DNA from: Takakia lepidozioides
Lineage: Eukaryota > Plantae > Bryophyta
Assembly (NCBI GenBank): GCA_030704615.1
Contig: CM060731.1
Coordinates: 96,155,903-96,219,902, forward strand
Direction of reading: 5' to 3'
DNA length: 64,000 nucleotides
Shown here: piece by piece, positions 38,191-50,850 of the stretch
Numbering within the stretch: position 1 is the first letter of the stretch
Layout of the letters: each line of letters opens with the position of its first letter
Position numbers and translations under genes: made by a program
The notes under the pieces: model-generated
What the model was told of the DNA's origin: nothing
Database searches by the model: none
Seen by the model: the letters and a program-made list of their open reading frames with translations, nothing else

Positions 38191-38590
38191 TGTCAAATCC
38201 TCCCCACCCCTTCTTACCTCGGTTTCACTATTAAATACTTAAGAATCCAGATGAGTTTATGCTGCGGTGCGGAGCGTGATGGTAAGCCTGATAACTTTGC
38301 AGGCGGTGAGGATCCAGGTTTGATTCTTGATGGGAAGCTCTTGTAATGTAACCGGGTATTAGTATTCCAATCTGTGTAACCCCGGTCTCTCATGTAACCT
38401 TGGTTAGTCCATTTTATACTTCGTCAAATTTTGAGACCAAGTGTGAGTTACACCAAGTGGAGTTACACTAACCCAATATAACCCCAAGTGGAGTTACACG
38501 CCTTGTCATGTAACCCAGTGTAACCCCCATTGGAGTTTACACTCCTTCAGTTCCATGTCACTATCAAGAGAGAGTGGGGAGGATTTGACA
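38191..38590. mobile_element. 400-bp TG..CA element with 17-bp terminal inverted repeats (MITE or solo LTR)
   Basis: TGTCAAATCCTCCCCAC at 38191 and GTGGGGAGGATTTGACA ending at 38590. No TSD is evident. Confidence 0.55.
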
Positions 38591-39693
38591 TGCCAGCGCA
38601 CCATCCTGTCGGAGGTTGCATGTGTGCATTAAGTTCTTACATTATTCCTATTATCATTGGTTTCACAATTTTGTCCTGTGAGCATATTTTCGTTGCAATG
38701 TAGCATCTTCTTAGGATATTTCAGGAATCTATGGAATATTCTACTTTGCTGTCGTGAGTATGTTCACAGCCGACCCAACCTCATTGGTTATATGGGCGAC
38801 TTGCACCCTGTACCCATTGGACCATATGTTGGATTCTAAAACTACATGTAGATGTATTTAGTTTATACTAATGTCTTACTCTAGCAATTAGATTAGGACT
38901 TGAGACACATCATAGTGAGAAGCTTAGGCCAGGTTGCATAGGCGCTTCCAATCAGCCCCCAAGGAACCAGGCCGAGATGGAATCTCCTCTCCAAAACCTT
39001 CAAGGGCATTCTATTTAAGCAAATGAGGGGGCTACAAAGTTGGGGGCAATTGGAAGTGCCCATAGGATCCCTTCGATTTCAGTTTCCAATTGTGAAAAGT
39101 TGAGACTTTTTTGTTTCCAATGTGTAAACACCACCTTACATTCTTTGCATTGGTGACACATTGGCTATTTAACTTGGGGGCCTGTGCTCTTGGAGGGGGA
39201 TATGCTCTAGCTCAAACAATATGCAACTCATGGCTTTAATGTAATGGCATGTATGGTGAGTGTGAGTTGAGTGCTGGAATTGTGATGTGGTAGCTCTTGG
39301 CAAGTGATTCTAAACCGTCTACAAAGACACGCTCTCCAATTGTATCCACTGGAAAAAATCACTCGTAGCAGCGGAAAAGTTAAAACCATAGAGCATAAAC
39401 TTTGCTTCACAACTTACAAGCTGTATTATGAGAATCCATGTTGTTGCGAAGAACTTACCATAGAAAAGACATGACACAAAACACATAAACTGCTAAACTA
39501 CATGTAATGGTGGTGCAAGAATAAAGTTGTGGTGATTGAGAGAGAAAGAGAGGGGGGCCTGCAGAAGCAAGCCTACTTTTCGTATATTTCACCTTGAAAG
39601 GCTCTACTGGCATTGCTAAAATGCATGACTTACCAGAATGATCTGTACTTTCCTGGTATAATAACCAAAATAGGTCCCAACACATGTAGTAGA

Positions 39694-42616
39694 TCATGAG
39701 ACACCATTAGTGGCTGGTTTGTCCAGGGTCAACACATAGGAATCGTAGTTCCAAGCCTTGACCTCCTCAATAAATTTCTTCAGGTTCCTCGGCACTGACC
39801 CTCCCTCTTCCACTGCTGCTGTGGCCAATTCTTTCAGCCTCTCAACATGGATTTTAGCATTCTTCCCCTCAGGACCCTCCATCAGACACCTCACAGCCCT
39901 CTCAACCTCCTCCTTTCCAACAGACTTATCTGGCCTCTTGAACACCTCAACGGCAACCTTCAGGTCATCCACAAGCATCCTGCAGATGTTGGCATTGCCC
40001 ACTTTTGTACTTTTGACACAAACACAATAGAGGAATATCTGCGTATTTCTAGAAGGTTTGCATTGAGCTGTAGCATGCTATACCTGGTGCTCGATTGTGT
40101 CAGCCAATTAGACATCAGGCCCCCCGCAAACCTAAAATAATGTGGCATTTCAAGCAACCAGTAGGTCTAATACAAGATCGAACATAATGACGATCACAGG
40201 ACCATTAGGAATGTAGAATTTCAAATACCTAGAGGGTTCCTTCCTTAGTATAATGTACTACATCCAAAGCTTGTCAAGTTCCTTGTATCCTTGTATTATA
40301 AGAAAATGTAGAGAGACCCTTTTCAAATGCATGTATCTGTAGAGTTTGTAATTCTGCATCCCTCTCTGTCTGAAGCAAGATGAAAATCTGAACATCCTTG
40401 TAAACACAACATCTTAGAATCAAGCTGTTCTCTCCCACCCTGGGTCCAGATCCGAGAAGGTTGACTAGACAGTTACCCTTCTGCAGAAACAAGAAGACCT
40501 GTAGATAGTGTCTACGTCTGGGCGAGTGACTGGACTGGAACAGGGCCTACAACGAAATGTAAGTAGGGTGCAACAACGTACCTGCGATTCATAAACTGCT
40601 CAGCTTGAATGGGCCATGCAAGCATTGGTACACCTCGGCATATACTCTCCAGCAACGAGTTCCAGCCACAGTGTGTTAGGAAGCCACCAACAGCTGGACT
40701 TGAGAGGATCTCCAGCTGCGGGACCCACCCATTTACCACTAATCCACGCTCCTCTGTGCGTGTTACAAACCCTTGTGGGAGCCAGACCTCCGTAAAGTCT
40801 GTCTTGTCACTTCGGGTGCGGACTACAAAAAGGAAACGCTGCTGGCTTGCCTCCAAACCCAGAGCTAGCTCATGGATTTGATGGATAGGGAGGACAGCAA
40901 CACTTCCAAAGGAGATAAAGAGAACGGAAGATTCAGGCTGTGCATCTAGCCAGTTCAGAGATGGATGTCTTGCTTTCGAGAGTTTCTGTACAGTGTCTGG
41001 AGTAGATTTGCTGAAGTAGGTCGCAGGGAGCATTGGACCGACTGGCAGCATGCTCAAAAGACGACCAACCTGCACCTTCAAAGGCTGAGTCACTAGTGAC
41101 AAGACATAAGAGACAATAGAAAGCTTGAATATATTTTTTGTACCTTTATTTGCACCCACCACTTAATGCAGCCCAGACCCTTTATGAGAGAATTGAGAAC
41201 CCCAGAAACAGAAGACCAGATGACACTGGCCACTGGCCATCAATAATCTGGGCAAGTTAGAGATCACGCCAATCTGGGCAAAGGATTTGAGTGCAAGCTA
41301 GAGATCACGGGAGCACCCATTCTACTAGCCAGCCAGTACAGAAAGAGCTTCACAGAGATATACTTGAACAGGAACAAAGGAGAGTGTTGACCTGTGTCTT
41401 TCCAGTGCCAAATCTGTGAGTCCGTAGAGCATCAATGCAGACAGGTTCCAACTCATAGTAGGTGTTGATGAGCATCCCAGCAGCTTGCATCATCAGTTCG
41501 CCATTCAACATATACCATAGGAATATAGATGAAGTGTGGTCTTGGACAGGTGAAGGCAGATCCCCTAACTTTGTGGGTGGAACGCCAGGAATATCATAGA
41601 CAAGTTCTTCAGCTCTTGAAGGGTCTGTTGGCAACACCCCTCGCGCAAGAAGTGCAGGACAATGTAGGTGGGTTGCCAATGCATTTGCCGGAGATGCAAA
41701 CAGGACATACCTCGGTATCTTGAACTTGTTTGCCACAGCCTGTGGTGGCCAGCCAGATTAAATGGGTCATGAAACGGTACACACACTGTCATGTTTATGT
41801 TTACAAACCCACCTCATGACAGCAACAAGGGAAATGGCAAGAAAGCTGTGACGGCTCAAATCTTTTGAAGCTAGAAGTGGCTACAGTGAACACTTGAACT
41901 CACCTGAATAGCAGTCTTGATTTTGAAAGCCAATGTCCATTCCAGGTGACATGGAAAGCTATATACCAGACAAACTAATCTTTCCAGCTTGCGTAGTTCC
42001 TAACCTGACAAATTAAACTAAGTGGAGTAGCAGCCCCTGGTTCAGTGAGATTGTGAGGGATCCAGGACTGTGCTAGAACATAAATCACTAGATACATGAT
42101 GTGAACACCTAAAAATAGTATGATACAACAAAACAGTTTACTGGATCTGTCTTACATCTGACCAGATAAAAAATCTTGTACCCTCCTCGACTAGTTGAAA
42201 GGACTCGCCTGTGTCCATCCCAGGAACATATCACTGACAATGCAGTCCGGGGGAGATTCTGGATTTTCATGCGTGAGATTCTCCACCAGCTTTTCCGTAT
42301 CCCCAACCAAATTGTCAATCTCGTCCACATACGGCAGTGGCTCCATAGCTGCGCCCTTTGCCGAGGGCACTCCTAAAGTTACCACACGCATGCTGTCCAA
42401 AGAATGGAGGCTTTCGAAGACATGGTCCACGGACAAATGTTGGTACATATCTACAAAGGTAACCGTGACTCCAAAGCTGTTCAACTTCATAGCAAAATGC
42501 ACCAGTGGAATGCTATGCCCTCTAGCAGGATAAGGAAGTAGCAAGACATGCACTCTCCGCTGGCCATCGCCCAGGAATGCGGGCGCAACAGATTCGTGGG
42601 ACTCATGGGGAGGCAT
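39694..42616 (-). CDS. Family-1 UDP-glycosyltransferase, 4 exons (42616-42209, 41739-41392, 41069-40582, 39979-39694), 509 aa, intact
   Basis: HVLLLPYPARGH catalytic His; PDCIVSDMFLGW; WLDAQPESSVLFISFGS; complete PSPG box WVPQLEILSSPAVGGFLTHCGWNSLLESICRGVPMLAWPIQAEQ; AVEEGGS. Exon lengths 408+348+488+286 = 1530 nt keep the frame. Confidence 0.93.
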
Positions 42617-44196
42617 TTTGCTTCAAAGCTGGCACCTGGACGACAAATCTGGGCACAGTAATACCAGCATCAGACAGCTTTCGGAAGGCGCCAGATCAGA
42701 GAATGTTTCAAGGGGAAGCTGGTCAAAGTTGAGCTGTCCGTACATGCTGTCTGCTCCGAAAAATTAACCAAACGGAAAGTAGCTCATGTAATGGGATGAG
42801 AAACAGTCAGCTCAACTTCTGCATCTCTGTATTCATGAGTAAGGCCGCACCCCCTCTCATTTGTGCATCCGAACCACCTCCACGGGCAAGACTTACACTA
42901 GGCCTAAGGAACCAGTTTGAAACAAATTTTGCAGACAAACCACCTTACTTCTTCGATGAAAAGTTCCCTTCAAAATGCTTTCACAGCGTGCGACACCATC
43001 ACAAACTTCATAACGTGCACGAACATTATCTAGGATGTGCATGTCCGCAAAGAACTGGTGAAGGTCTTAATGATTAATGTGACAGTTAGCATAAAATAAG
43101 AACAAATAGAAATTGCGTTAAGGAGTGAGCTATACAGAGGTTTGGAGTCCCAAATGATTCCTGAAGGTTGTCAGGAGTAAGACTGTGAGACTCTCAGATA
43201 ACACATCCTGCAAGGAGGAGGTGAAATGAAGTAGACAAAGGGCTGGACCACCAAAGACTCGGGACTCCTAGCTGCACCAAGTTCTGACTTCTTATACGGC
43301 AAGCACGGCTGTTACCTTCACTCCGAGTTGCTCACTCGATCAAAACGTACGGACGAGAATTAGCCAACTTCACAACGCCACCTCCTGAAGAACTTAAAGA
43401 TGACTGAAAGATAATCGAAAGGGTTCGAATCAGCTCCTTGCCGGCTCCTCTTCTCGCCCTGCTCAGTCCTCACGGCTACCTACTCTTTGTCGTACACAAC
43501 ACTCAAAACCAGAAATCACCCTCGCTCCCCTTCAGGCTCACGAGGTTCAAGCTGGTTCCACTCACACGGAATGTCCAGTGAATGCCTGGAAGTCTAGTAC
43601 ACCACAGCACTGGGCTTAGAACAAGCACCTCCAGGGAAGCAGTGAAGCTGCGATTTCCTACTTATCTCTTCAGTCCGCCTCTCATCCTCACATCAGCATT
43701 TCGCACGCAACGATTCGCAGATGGCAACCTCTCTACCATCCTTCACGCTACAGCGGAGTTGCAGCAAACTGGTCTGCACCACAACCGCTCGTCGCAATCA
43801 TGTTCCGGGTACCTACTTACCACCTTTCCCTCTCGCCCCCTCCGTCGACCACCCACACTTATTATCCCCACCCAAGCGTACTGCCTCCTCCTTCATTCAT
43901 TTTTAAATTTACAGCCATCCTCTTCCTTGTTCACTTTCCATCCATCTCTTCTTCATCGCTTATTGTTTAATAAATTTATCTATTTATATTACATAATCTA
44001 TCATATATATACATAGTTCAAAAAGGCCAGCCTGGGGCCGGCAACCTTGAGGGTTGAAGCAAGGAAAAATATCCTGGAGAAGGAGTGAGTGTACCTACTA
44101 GGTAATAAAGGCCCAAGGGGTGTCCAGTGTCCACCACACAGGGAGAGCAGTAAAAAGGCCTCTTTCCATGTTGATCGGCAAGCCGGCATGAGGAAG

Positions 44197-46153
44197 GCCA
44201 ACTTCCATGTCTCGGCCAAATCCGCCAAGTTATCCAAAGTTGACCGACGTCGGTGGAGCATGGCCGACCGGTGGGATGGATGGTTGCTTATATGTGCATA
44301 GGGTTCAAGAGGAATCGGGCAGTAGGTCTGCCTCGTTGTCCAAGGCGCCAGGACCAATTGAGCCGGTCAAAGGGTGGGTCTCCCAAGCAAATCGTGGGGC
44401 TGGCAAGCTATGTGCACAAAGGTGACCTTCACAGCAGGTAGAAGAGACACGGTAACCTAGTAAAGCGATTACAGTCAAACCTGGATAAATGTTATGCTCC
44501 AAGAGTAGGAACTCTATAACAATTAGGCAGTTATATCAAATAACAGTAAAACAGGTCGAAATTTCATAACGTAACAATTAGAAATTTAACATTAAAACAT
44601 GTCCTTCAGATGTAAGATAACATTTAGAGAGAGGGCTGAAGGGCTGAAGGTGTCATCACATAGGGTAGAAGCACTCTTCATGGCGCAGGAAAATGGGTAA
44701 ATGTAATAACTTTAGGTATTTTAACCTATGAGATCATGTAAGACCTTAACAGAAAGCTCTTAAGATAACACAACTTTTCTTAGTTGAAAGTTAAACGAGA
44801 TTCTGAGTTTATCTGCTATTAAAAGTGGATAGAAGTAGAGGATGTCAGTGTCAGCCTATGGCGCACCTTGTTCCTATCATGACTCGTTCATATCTCATTA
44901 ATATCTTTTCTACCTGAGATGGTAACAAAAAAAAAAACAACCAAAAATACCATTGGAAAGCGCTTAATGTGGCCCATCTTTTTGTAGATGGAGCAATTTT
45001 CATTAGATGACATCTACCTATAGCAATTTAAGGGTAAAACAAGTGGCCCATCATGGCGCACAAGATATATTGCTCGTTTGGTACCTTGGATTTTAACCAT
45101 TTTAACCATTTTAGGAAATAAAGATACCATTGGAAAGCTCTTGATGAGCCCCGGCATTTTGTAGTTAGAACAAATTTCAGTAAAGTTCATCTGCCTAGGA
45201 TAATTTGAGTGTAAAGTGATTTCATGAATGGTGTAGTGTAGTTCATTCCTCTTTGGGTAAGCTTGCTGGCCTATCATGGCGCACCCCACCCTAACACGTT
45301 CCAAAAATGGGCATACTTTCATCCTGGGTCCAGTGGACCTGAGACAATCGACCTCCTCTATCCAAGTAGAATTAAGGAGCGATAAGCATTGAGCGATGGA
45401 GGGGGATGCCCTCGAATAACCCTAGATTAGGGGGAGCCAGTTACAGATGCAGGGCACAGTGGCCAACTAGAAACCAGTGAGAAGCCCATCAATCTACCGG
45501 TGTGAAGCTTGGACTTAACAGTCGGCTTGATGTGCTTCCAGTTTCGATCTGATCTTTCAAAGTCAGGGGAGGCTGAAGAGGGGCTCTTCAATGCTGCCAG
45601 ATATGGGGAATAGTACCTGCCCATAAACAGGTGTCGATGTCGATGCAGGAGCAGATGAGCCCCCGATTCCCCCAAGTGCGCCTGAAGGAGGTGATGACTG
45701 CAGGACCACGTTCTGGCGCTTATTGTACTCGTGAGATTGAGATACTAATGCCTATTTCAATACTGAATCTGAATTTGAATACTAGTACCATTTCTATTTT
45801 ATTATTATTATTTTATTAAATATAACAATTACAGAGGCGTCTTAACAAAGAGGAGAGTAGGTATTCAATAACAAATAACAAATAACACTCTTTTTGTCAT
45901 TCTTAGTATATATTTTTACAGAGTAAGAAAACCATAACATTTAGGATGATATAACAAAAAAAGAGGTAACATTTATCCAGGTTTGACTGTACCGATATCG
46001 GCCATGAATTCTGGCGCCAACTTCCCACGTATTGCGCTCACCGATGTCGGTCACCGATATCTGGGCGTTGGCGAAATTTAACGCATGGAAGCAGGTTGTC
46101 GTCTTTGTCATCTAGTGCCAACTTGGCCGATGGCCGAGACATGGAAGTTGGCC
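44197..46153. mobile_element. Small TIR element (possibly PIF/Harbinger-like) hosting the Tc1/mariner-type insert
   Basis: GGCCAACTTCCATGTCTCGGCCA at ~44197 is inverted at ~46131-46153. The TSD is unclear. Confidence 0.55.
44472..45989. mobile_element. Non-autonomous Tc1/mariner (pogo-like) element, 1.5 kb
   Basis: 23-bp TIRs CAGTCAAACCTGGATAAATGTTA, with TA duplicated at 44470-44471 and 45990-45991; AT-rich interior with no transposase. Confidence 0.85.
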
Positions 46154-46206
46154 CAAAGTTTAGGCTTCCTCACCTGCAATCAACTTGGTTGTCTACCTGG
46201 CCACAC

Positions 46207-47330
46207 TGTCATGGTTTTAGTCATGGTTAACTAGAATTACCTACTTCTAGTTAACTAGGATATTTTGGATATTTATATTTGTATTTTGTGTGTTGGGACT
46301 TCATTTGGTCTCATATGCCAAGTGAGATATCAAACCTCACTTGGGACATGGGGATGGGTTCTCCCCTTGTGAGTGTTGAGGAGGGCTCATCTTCTTGTAG
46401 TTGAGCCTCCATAAATCTCTCTCACCTCCATAGCTCTAGACATTGAGAGGGAGTGTGTTGAGGGCTTTGTAGGGTGGATTCCCTTAGCAAGGGTGCCCTT
46501 GGCTTGATTTAGTTTATGTGATTGAGTGGAGTGTTTCCATTGTGTTCACTTTCATTATCACTACAAGAAGATACAAGAAGTGAGTGGGGGCGAGCACAGG
46601 ATCATGGGGTGCAAACACCCATGGCAGATGTGGGATGAGATGCGGAAAGAGAGAGTCATTGGATCTCTCAAGCAGCAATATGAGGAGTGGGGAGAGCCAT
46701 ACACTGAGGATCAGTTGGAGGCCAAGGTGGCCAATGTTTTTGAAGAGGTTGAGAATGTTTCTTCCCCAGAGGATGTTCTCAAGGTGGCTATGGCAGAACA
46801 AGTGGAGGCTACGCCACGATCAGGGTGGGCGGATAAGGCCTGTCGTGCGCATACATATCGCTACACAACTACATTGTTGTCCAAAACCACACAACACATG
46901 TGCACACCAAACACTAGTCTATCACTAGTCCACCACTAGTGCACCACTAGGCTGCCACTAGACAACCACTAGGCACCACTAGTCCACCACTAGGCTGCCT
47001 CTAGCCACCACTAGTGCAGCCACTAGTCCACCACTAGTGCAGCCACTAGTCCACCACTAGTCTGTCATTAGGCACCACTAGTGCAACCACTAGTCCAACC
47101 ACTAGGCTGCCACTAGCCTGATGTGTATCGCTAATTGGGAGGGGAGACCTCATGTCTGTCCCGGTCCGCATGTGTTTTGTACGTGGAGCTACTGACTTAC
47201 ATGAATGAAGAATAATCGGTTCACAGCGTTGTCTGTGACTTTGGAATCCGCTAGGTGGTTCTTATTTTATGGATGACGCTCTTGAGGAACCGGTCTGAGA
47301 CTCGAGGACGATGATAGACAGAGAAAGACA
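46207..47330. mobile_element. Possible LTR-derived fragment containing a CCACTAG minisatellite (46912-47118)
   Basis: Starts TGTCA and has LTR-like composition with tandem ccactagt/gcaccactag units. Boundaries and TSD are not established. Confidence 0.35.
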
Positions 47331-48298
47331 GTCCTGTCAAAGGGCTGATGCATTGGAGCCGAACTGTTCGAATGAATTGGCTTCTATAGAGATTATGTTC
47401 AGTATTGGTTTGCATCGAAGACTATGGTTTTGGGTCCTATGGGATGGTGATGGTTGATTAGTGCCCATAGCCAGGGACCTCAATGGCTGTACAAATTTGG
47501 TTTGGTGATGCTCTAATAAATTACTCTGGACATTTTGGGACGTATCTCGACGGGATGTCTTTCTATCTTACTATGTTCTAATCATAGATCGGGAGATCTC
47601 CCTTGCCTCAGTGGAGATGTCGAACTTGGGACAGCAATCATAATTCTCCTGTACTTCTGGAGTGACAATGTTTGGCATTTTTTTGTAGGCTAATATTAAA
47701 AAAATGAAGCAACTGTGATTGACAGGAGGTCTCCCGTGCTGCCCGTGAAACTGTAGAAAACTAGGATTTCAACTCATATTAGCGATGTGATCAGGGTATG
47801 GATTATCTGGGAACATCAATATTTACTAAACATCTACTACAATAAACTTAATAAAATCATTTAAATTTGTTTTCATATTGAGTTTTTATTTAATGTAAAT
47901 AAATCAATAAATCAATATATATGTTATTCCTGGACTTTGGAAAGTCTAGATTTACTTAAAATCCAGTTTTATACGATCAAAGGAATGTGACGGGAGATCT
48001 CCCGTCATCCTGAGCAGTTTTCTGTTTATCTTTTTCCGCCCATTAGAGATCACAGAACGGGAGACCTCCCATGATCCCTTAGTGTTTGCATCTGTGGTGT
48101 GCATAGATTCTATCTTGCTTTGCACAAACCTGGATTTTTTTGTGGATTCTAGCTTAAAAGTTGAGGCGACAAGAACGGGAGATCTCCCGTCATCCTGCAG
48201 AGGGTTCGCCGCATTTGATATCTTCATCTTTTCTACCTTTTTTGCTCCCCGTTTTTTTTACTCGAGGGCATAGCAGGGGAGATCTCCCGTGGTAGAAG

Positions 48299-48631
48299 AT
48301 GGTTACCACCTGTGGACAACTGTCTGTCGGAGAAGCAGTGAATTTAATCCACCTTGTCGGCTCTCCAACTCCAAGAATTGCCACTGAGGGTACCTATCTG
48401 AATACGTCGGGAGAGGGATCTTGTCATGGCAAACGTCTCTCTAGTAGTTTAGTGAGCGTCATCTTGAAAACCGTGATACATGGAATGGAGTCCATTAGCT
48501 TGCCGTATTCACATCCAGACGCGGAAACTCTTGGAGAAGCTCTGGGGACACCTGTTGTCTGGAAAGTTAGTCAAGTTCAGAAACGTGTGCGGAGGGTGAG
48601 GGGTCTAGGTCCGATGTTGGAGCAAGCATGA
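48299..48631 (+). pseudogene. CACTA Tnp1/En-Spm C-terminal domain-like fragment
   Basis: EG..CHGKRL..LVSVILKTV..ISLPYSHPDAETLGEALGTPVVW matches my recollection of the Transposase_23-type pattern (HG..L..LP.P..TL.EA.G..V.W). Confidence 0.55.
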
Positions 48632-48689
48632 ATGTTGTGGAGGATATAATACAGAAGGACACTACTGATGGTATTGAAGGCGCATGCAG

Positions 48690-49150
48690 GAACAAAAGTT
48701 TCACAAGATACAATCAGGTGCAATTCCAGATTTGATGATGTCACCATGCATCTCTTTGCCATTTTCCAGGGCTGCCAGGCTTGCACAAGCATTGCAAACA
48801 CACAAACGTGATCTGCTTACACTTCACCCCTTCCCCCATCATTTGCTCATAGGTCTTGCCTCCATCTCGCGCCCCTGCTATGCATATCCTGCAAGCATGG
48901 CATTCCATGACACCATATCTTGTTCAGCCATACTATCGAACACTCCCTTTGCATCCTTGATGCACCCACATTTTGGATACATGTCCACCAGGGTATTGTA
49001 CTTCAGAATGACATCGGGTACAATCCAGCTCTGACAATGTCACTATGGACCTCTTTGCCCTTTTCCAGCGCTTCCAGGCTTGCACATGCATTGCAAATGC
49101 ACACAAATGTGATGTGGTTGGGCTTCACCCCTTCCCCCATCATTTGATCC
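48690..49150 (-). pseudogene. Degenerate PLS-class PPR gene fragment
   Basis: The minus strand reads NACASLEALEKGKEVHSDIV, VDMYPKCGCIKDAKGVFDSMAEQDMVSWNAMLAGYA* and NACASLAALENGKEMHGDII, with stops and frameshifts. Confidence 0.8.
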
Positions 49151-49984
49151 TAGGTCATTGGCCTATTGCATCTGCTACTCTTTGTAATCCCACAGGCATT
49201 CACCTTTTTGCCTCAATTGTCCCACCATTGATGACTGTGGTAAGAAAAGTATCCATTCCACAGCTTCTCCGAGCGTCTCTGTTACCTATTTCTGGAAACT
49301 TCCGTGTTGTCACATGTTGGCCGTATCATGTCAGTCAGTCCAAACTATCAAAGGTTCACTCAACCAGCTAACTTGCAGAATTCATGAAAATTTAGGTACG
49401 ACTCTGATAACAGGGGAAAACAGGCTGAAATGTGTTGAAGGTGCCTTCATTAGCAGCGCCTTGTTCTATCAATTGTGCTGTTGTCGCTTATGTTCCAGTT
49501 GACCATCTACCCACACAAATTTCCTGTAGTTATTGATCCACAGGGAATCAAAAGTAATCTTACATCTGAAACCCGGTCCTCTTGGATGAATGCGATGAAA
49601 AAGCCGACGGATGAATGGTTTCAGGATGAATGAAAAGTGGAAAGGATGAATGGTGGATGACTGTTGGATGAGAAATGAGCAAAATGGATGAACCATGACC
49701 TCGTTTTTGTTTCACGTGGAGCAATTGCATCTCGAGTGTGTCCTGAATTTCAGATTTGTCGGCTGATCCTGGCAGTACTTACTTTGAGGGAACTTGAAGG
49801 AAACTGCTGAAGTTAGAAGGCAATTACATAGTGGAGTAAATTTGAGTTACCTATGGACTCTTCTAATGGGGGTGGGGCTGCAGAGGAGGGAGGAGGATAG
49901 AACATGAGAAGTGGAGGACAAAACCAAATCGCAGAAACATTTCTCCAAAAACAATGAACCCAAAAAATTGAGTCCAAAAAAACA

Positions 49985-50722
49985 TTGAAGGCGGTGTGTG
50001 TCCAGGTGGGTGGGGGATGAAGGTGTCGTCAATGACATCTTAATTCCCACCTCTTGTTGCCACAAACATTTCATGGAAAATCCCAAAAAACCAAAAGTTT
50101 GAATCCAACAAAACTACAAAGCCGACACTTGTGCAGGTCGCGGCGATTAAGGTGTCATCAACGACATCTTAAATCCCACCAGCTGCTGCCACATGTCTTT
50201 TCAGATTACGGCCCAAAAACAAAATACAGAAATCCAACAAAACTTTGAAGGCGGTGCGTGTGCAGATCGCGGTGATTAAGGTGTCGTCAATGACATCTTA
50301 ATTCCCACAACCTGTTGCGATATGACAGTTCATGGAAAAACCCAAAAAACCAGAAAAAAATGAATCCAGAAAAGCTTTGCAGGCGGTGCGTGTGCAGGGG
50401 GGATTAAGGTGTCGTCAACGACATCTTAATTCCAACAACCTCAACAGAATTTTGAAGGCGGTGCATGTGCAGGTCGGGGGGATTAAGATGTCGTCAACGA
50501 CATCTTAATTCCGACCACCTGAACAAAATTTTCACGGCGGTGCATGTGCAAGTTGGAGGAATTAAGGTGTTGTCAAAGACATCTTATTTCCCACCACCTT
50601 TTGCGACATTTCAATTCATCCAAAAACCCAAATAACCCAAAAAATATGAATCCAACAAAGGTACGAAGGCAGTGCGTGTGCAGGTGGGTGGATTAAGGTG
50701 TCGTCAACGACATCTTAATTGG
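49985..50722. repeat. Irregular tandem repeats with the hairpin ATTAAG(A/G)TGTCG-TCAA-CGACATCTTAAT downstream of transposase C
   Basis: About seven copies at ~50020, 50146, 50275, 50403, 50482, 50561 and 50692, each preceded by gcggtgcgtgtgcagg-like sequence. Confidence 0.85.
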
Positions 50723-50850
50723 AAAAACCACCAACCCCAAAACAAACAAACCGAAAACAGATTCAGCCAAAACAGAAATAGAATATGTTAAAAACATTAC
50801 ATTGAACAAAGTGGAGTCATTGTCAAAGAATCCAACTCCTTCTGAACACC

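Noticed and set aside
38938-39150. ~25-bp inverted repeat (38938-39063) and a ~27-bp match between ~22501 and ~39121
   Set aside because: Too short and degenerate to classify beyond generic repeat debris.
43078-44020. Possible solo LTR upstream of the UGT
   Set aside because: Only compositional resemblance; ends and TSD could not be defined.
49570-49700. GGATGAA-rich short repeats
   Set aside because: Likely a subterminal remnant of an unidentified TE, with no boundaries to support a call.
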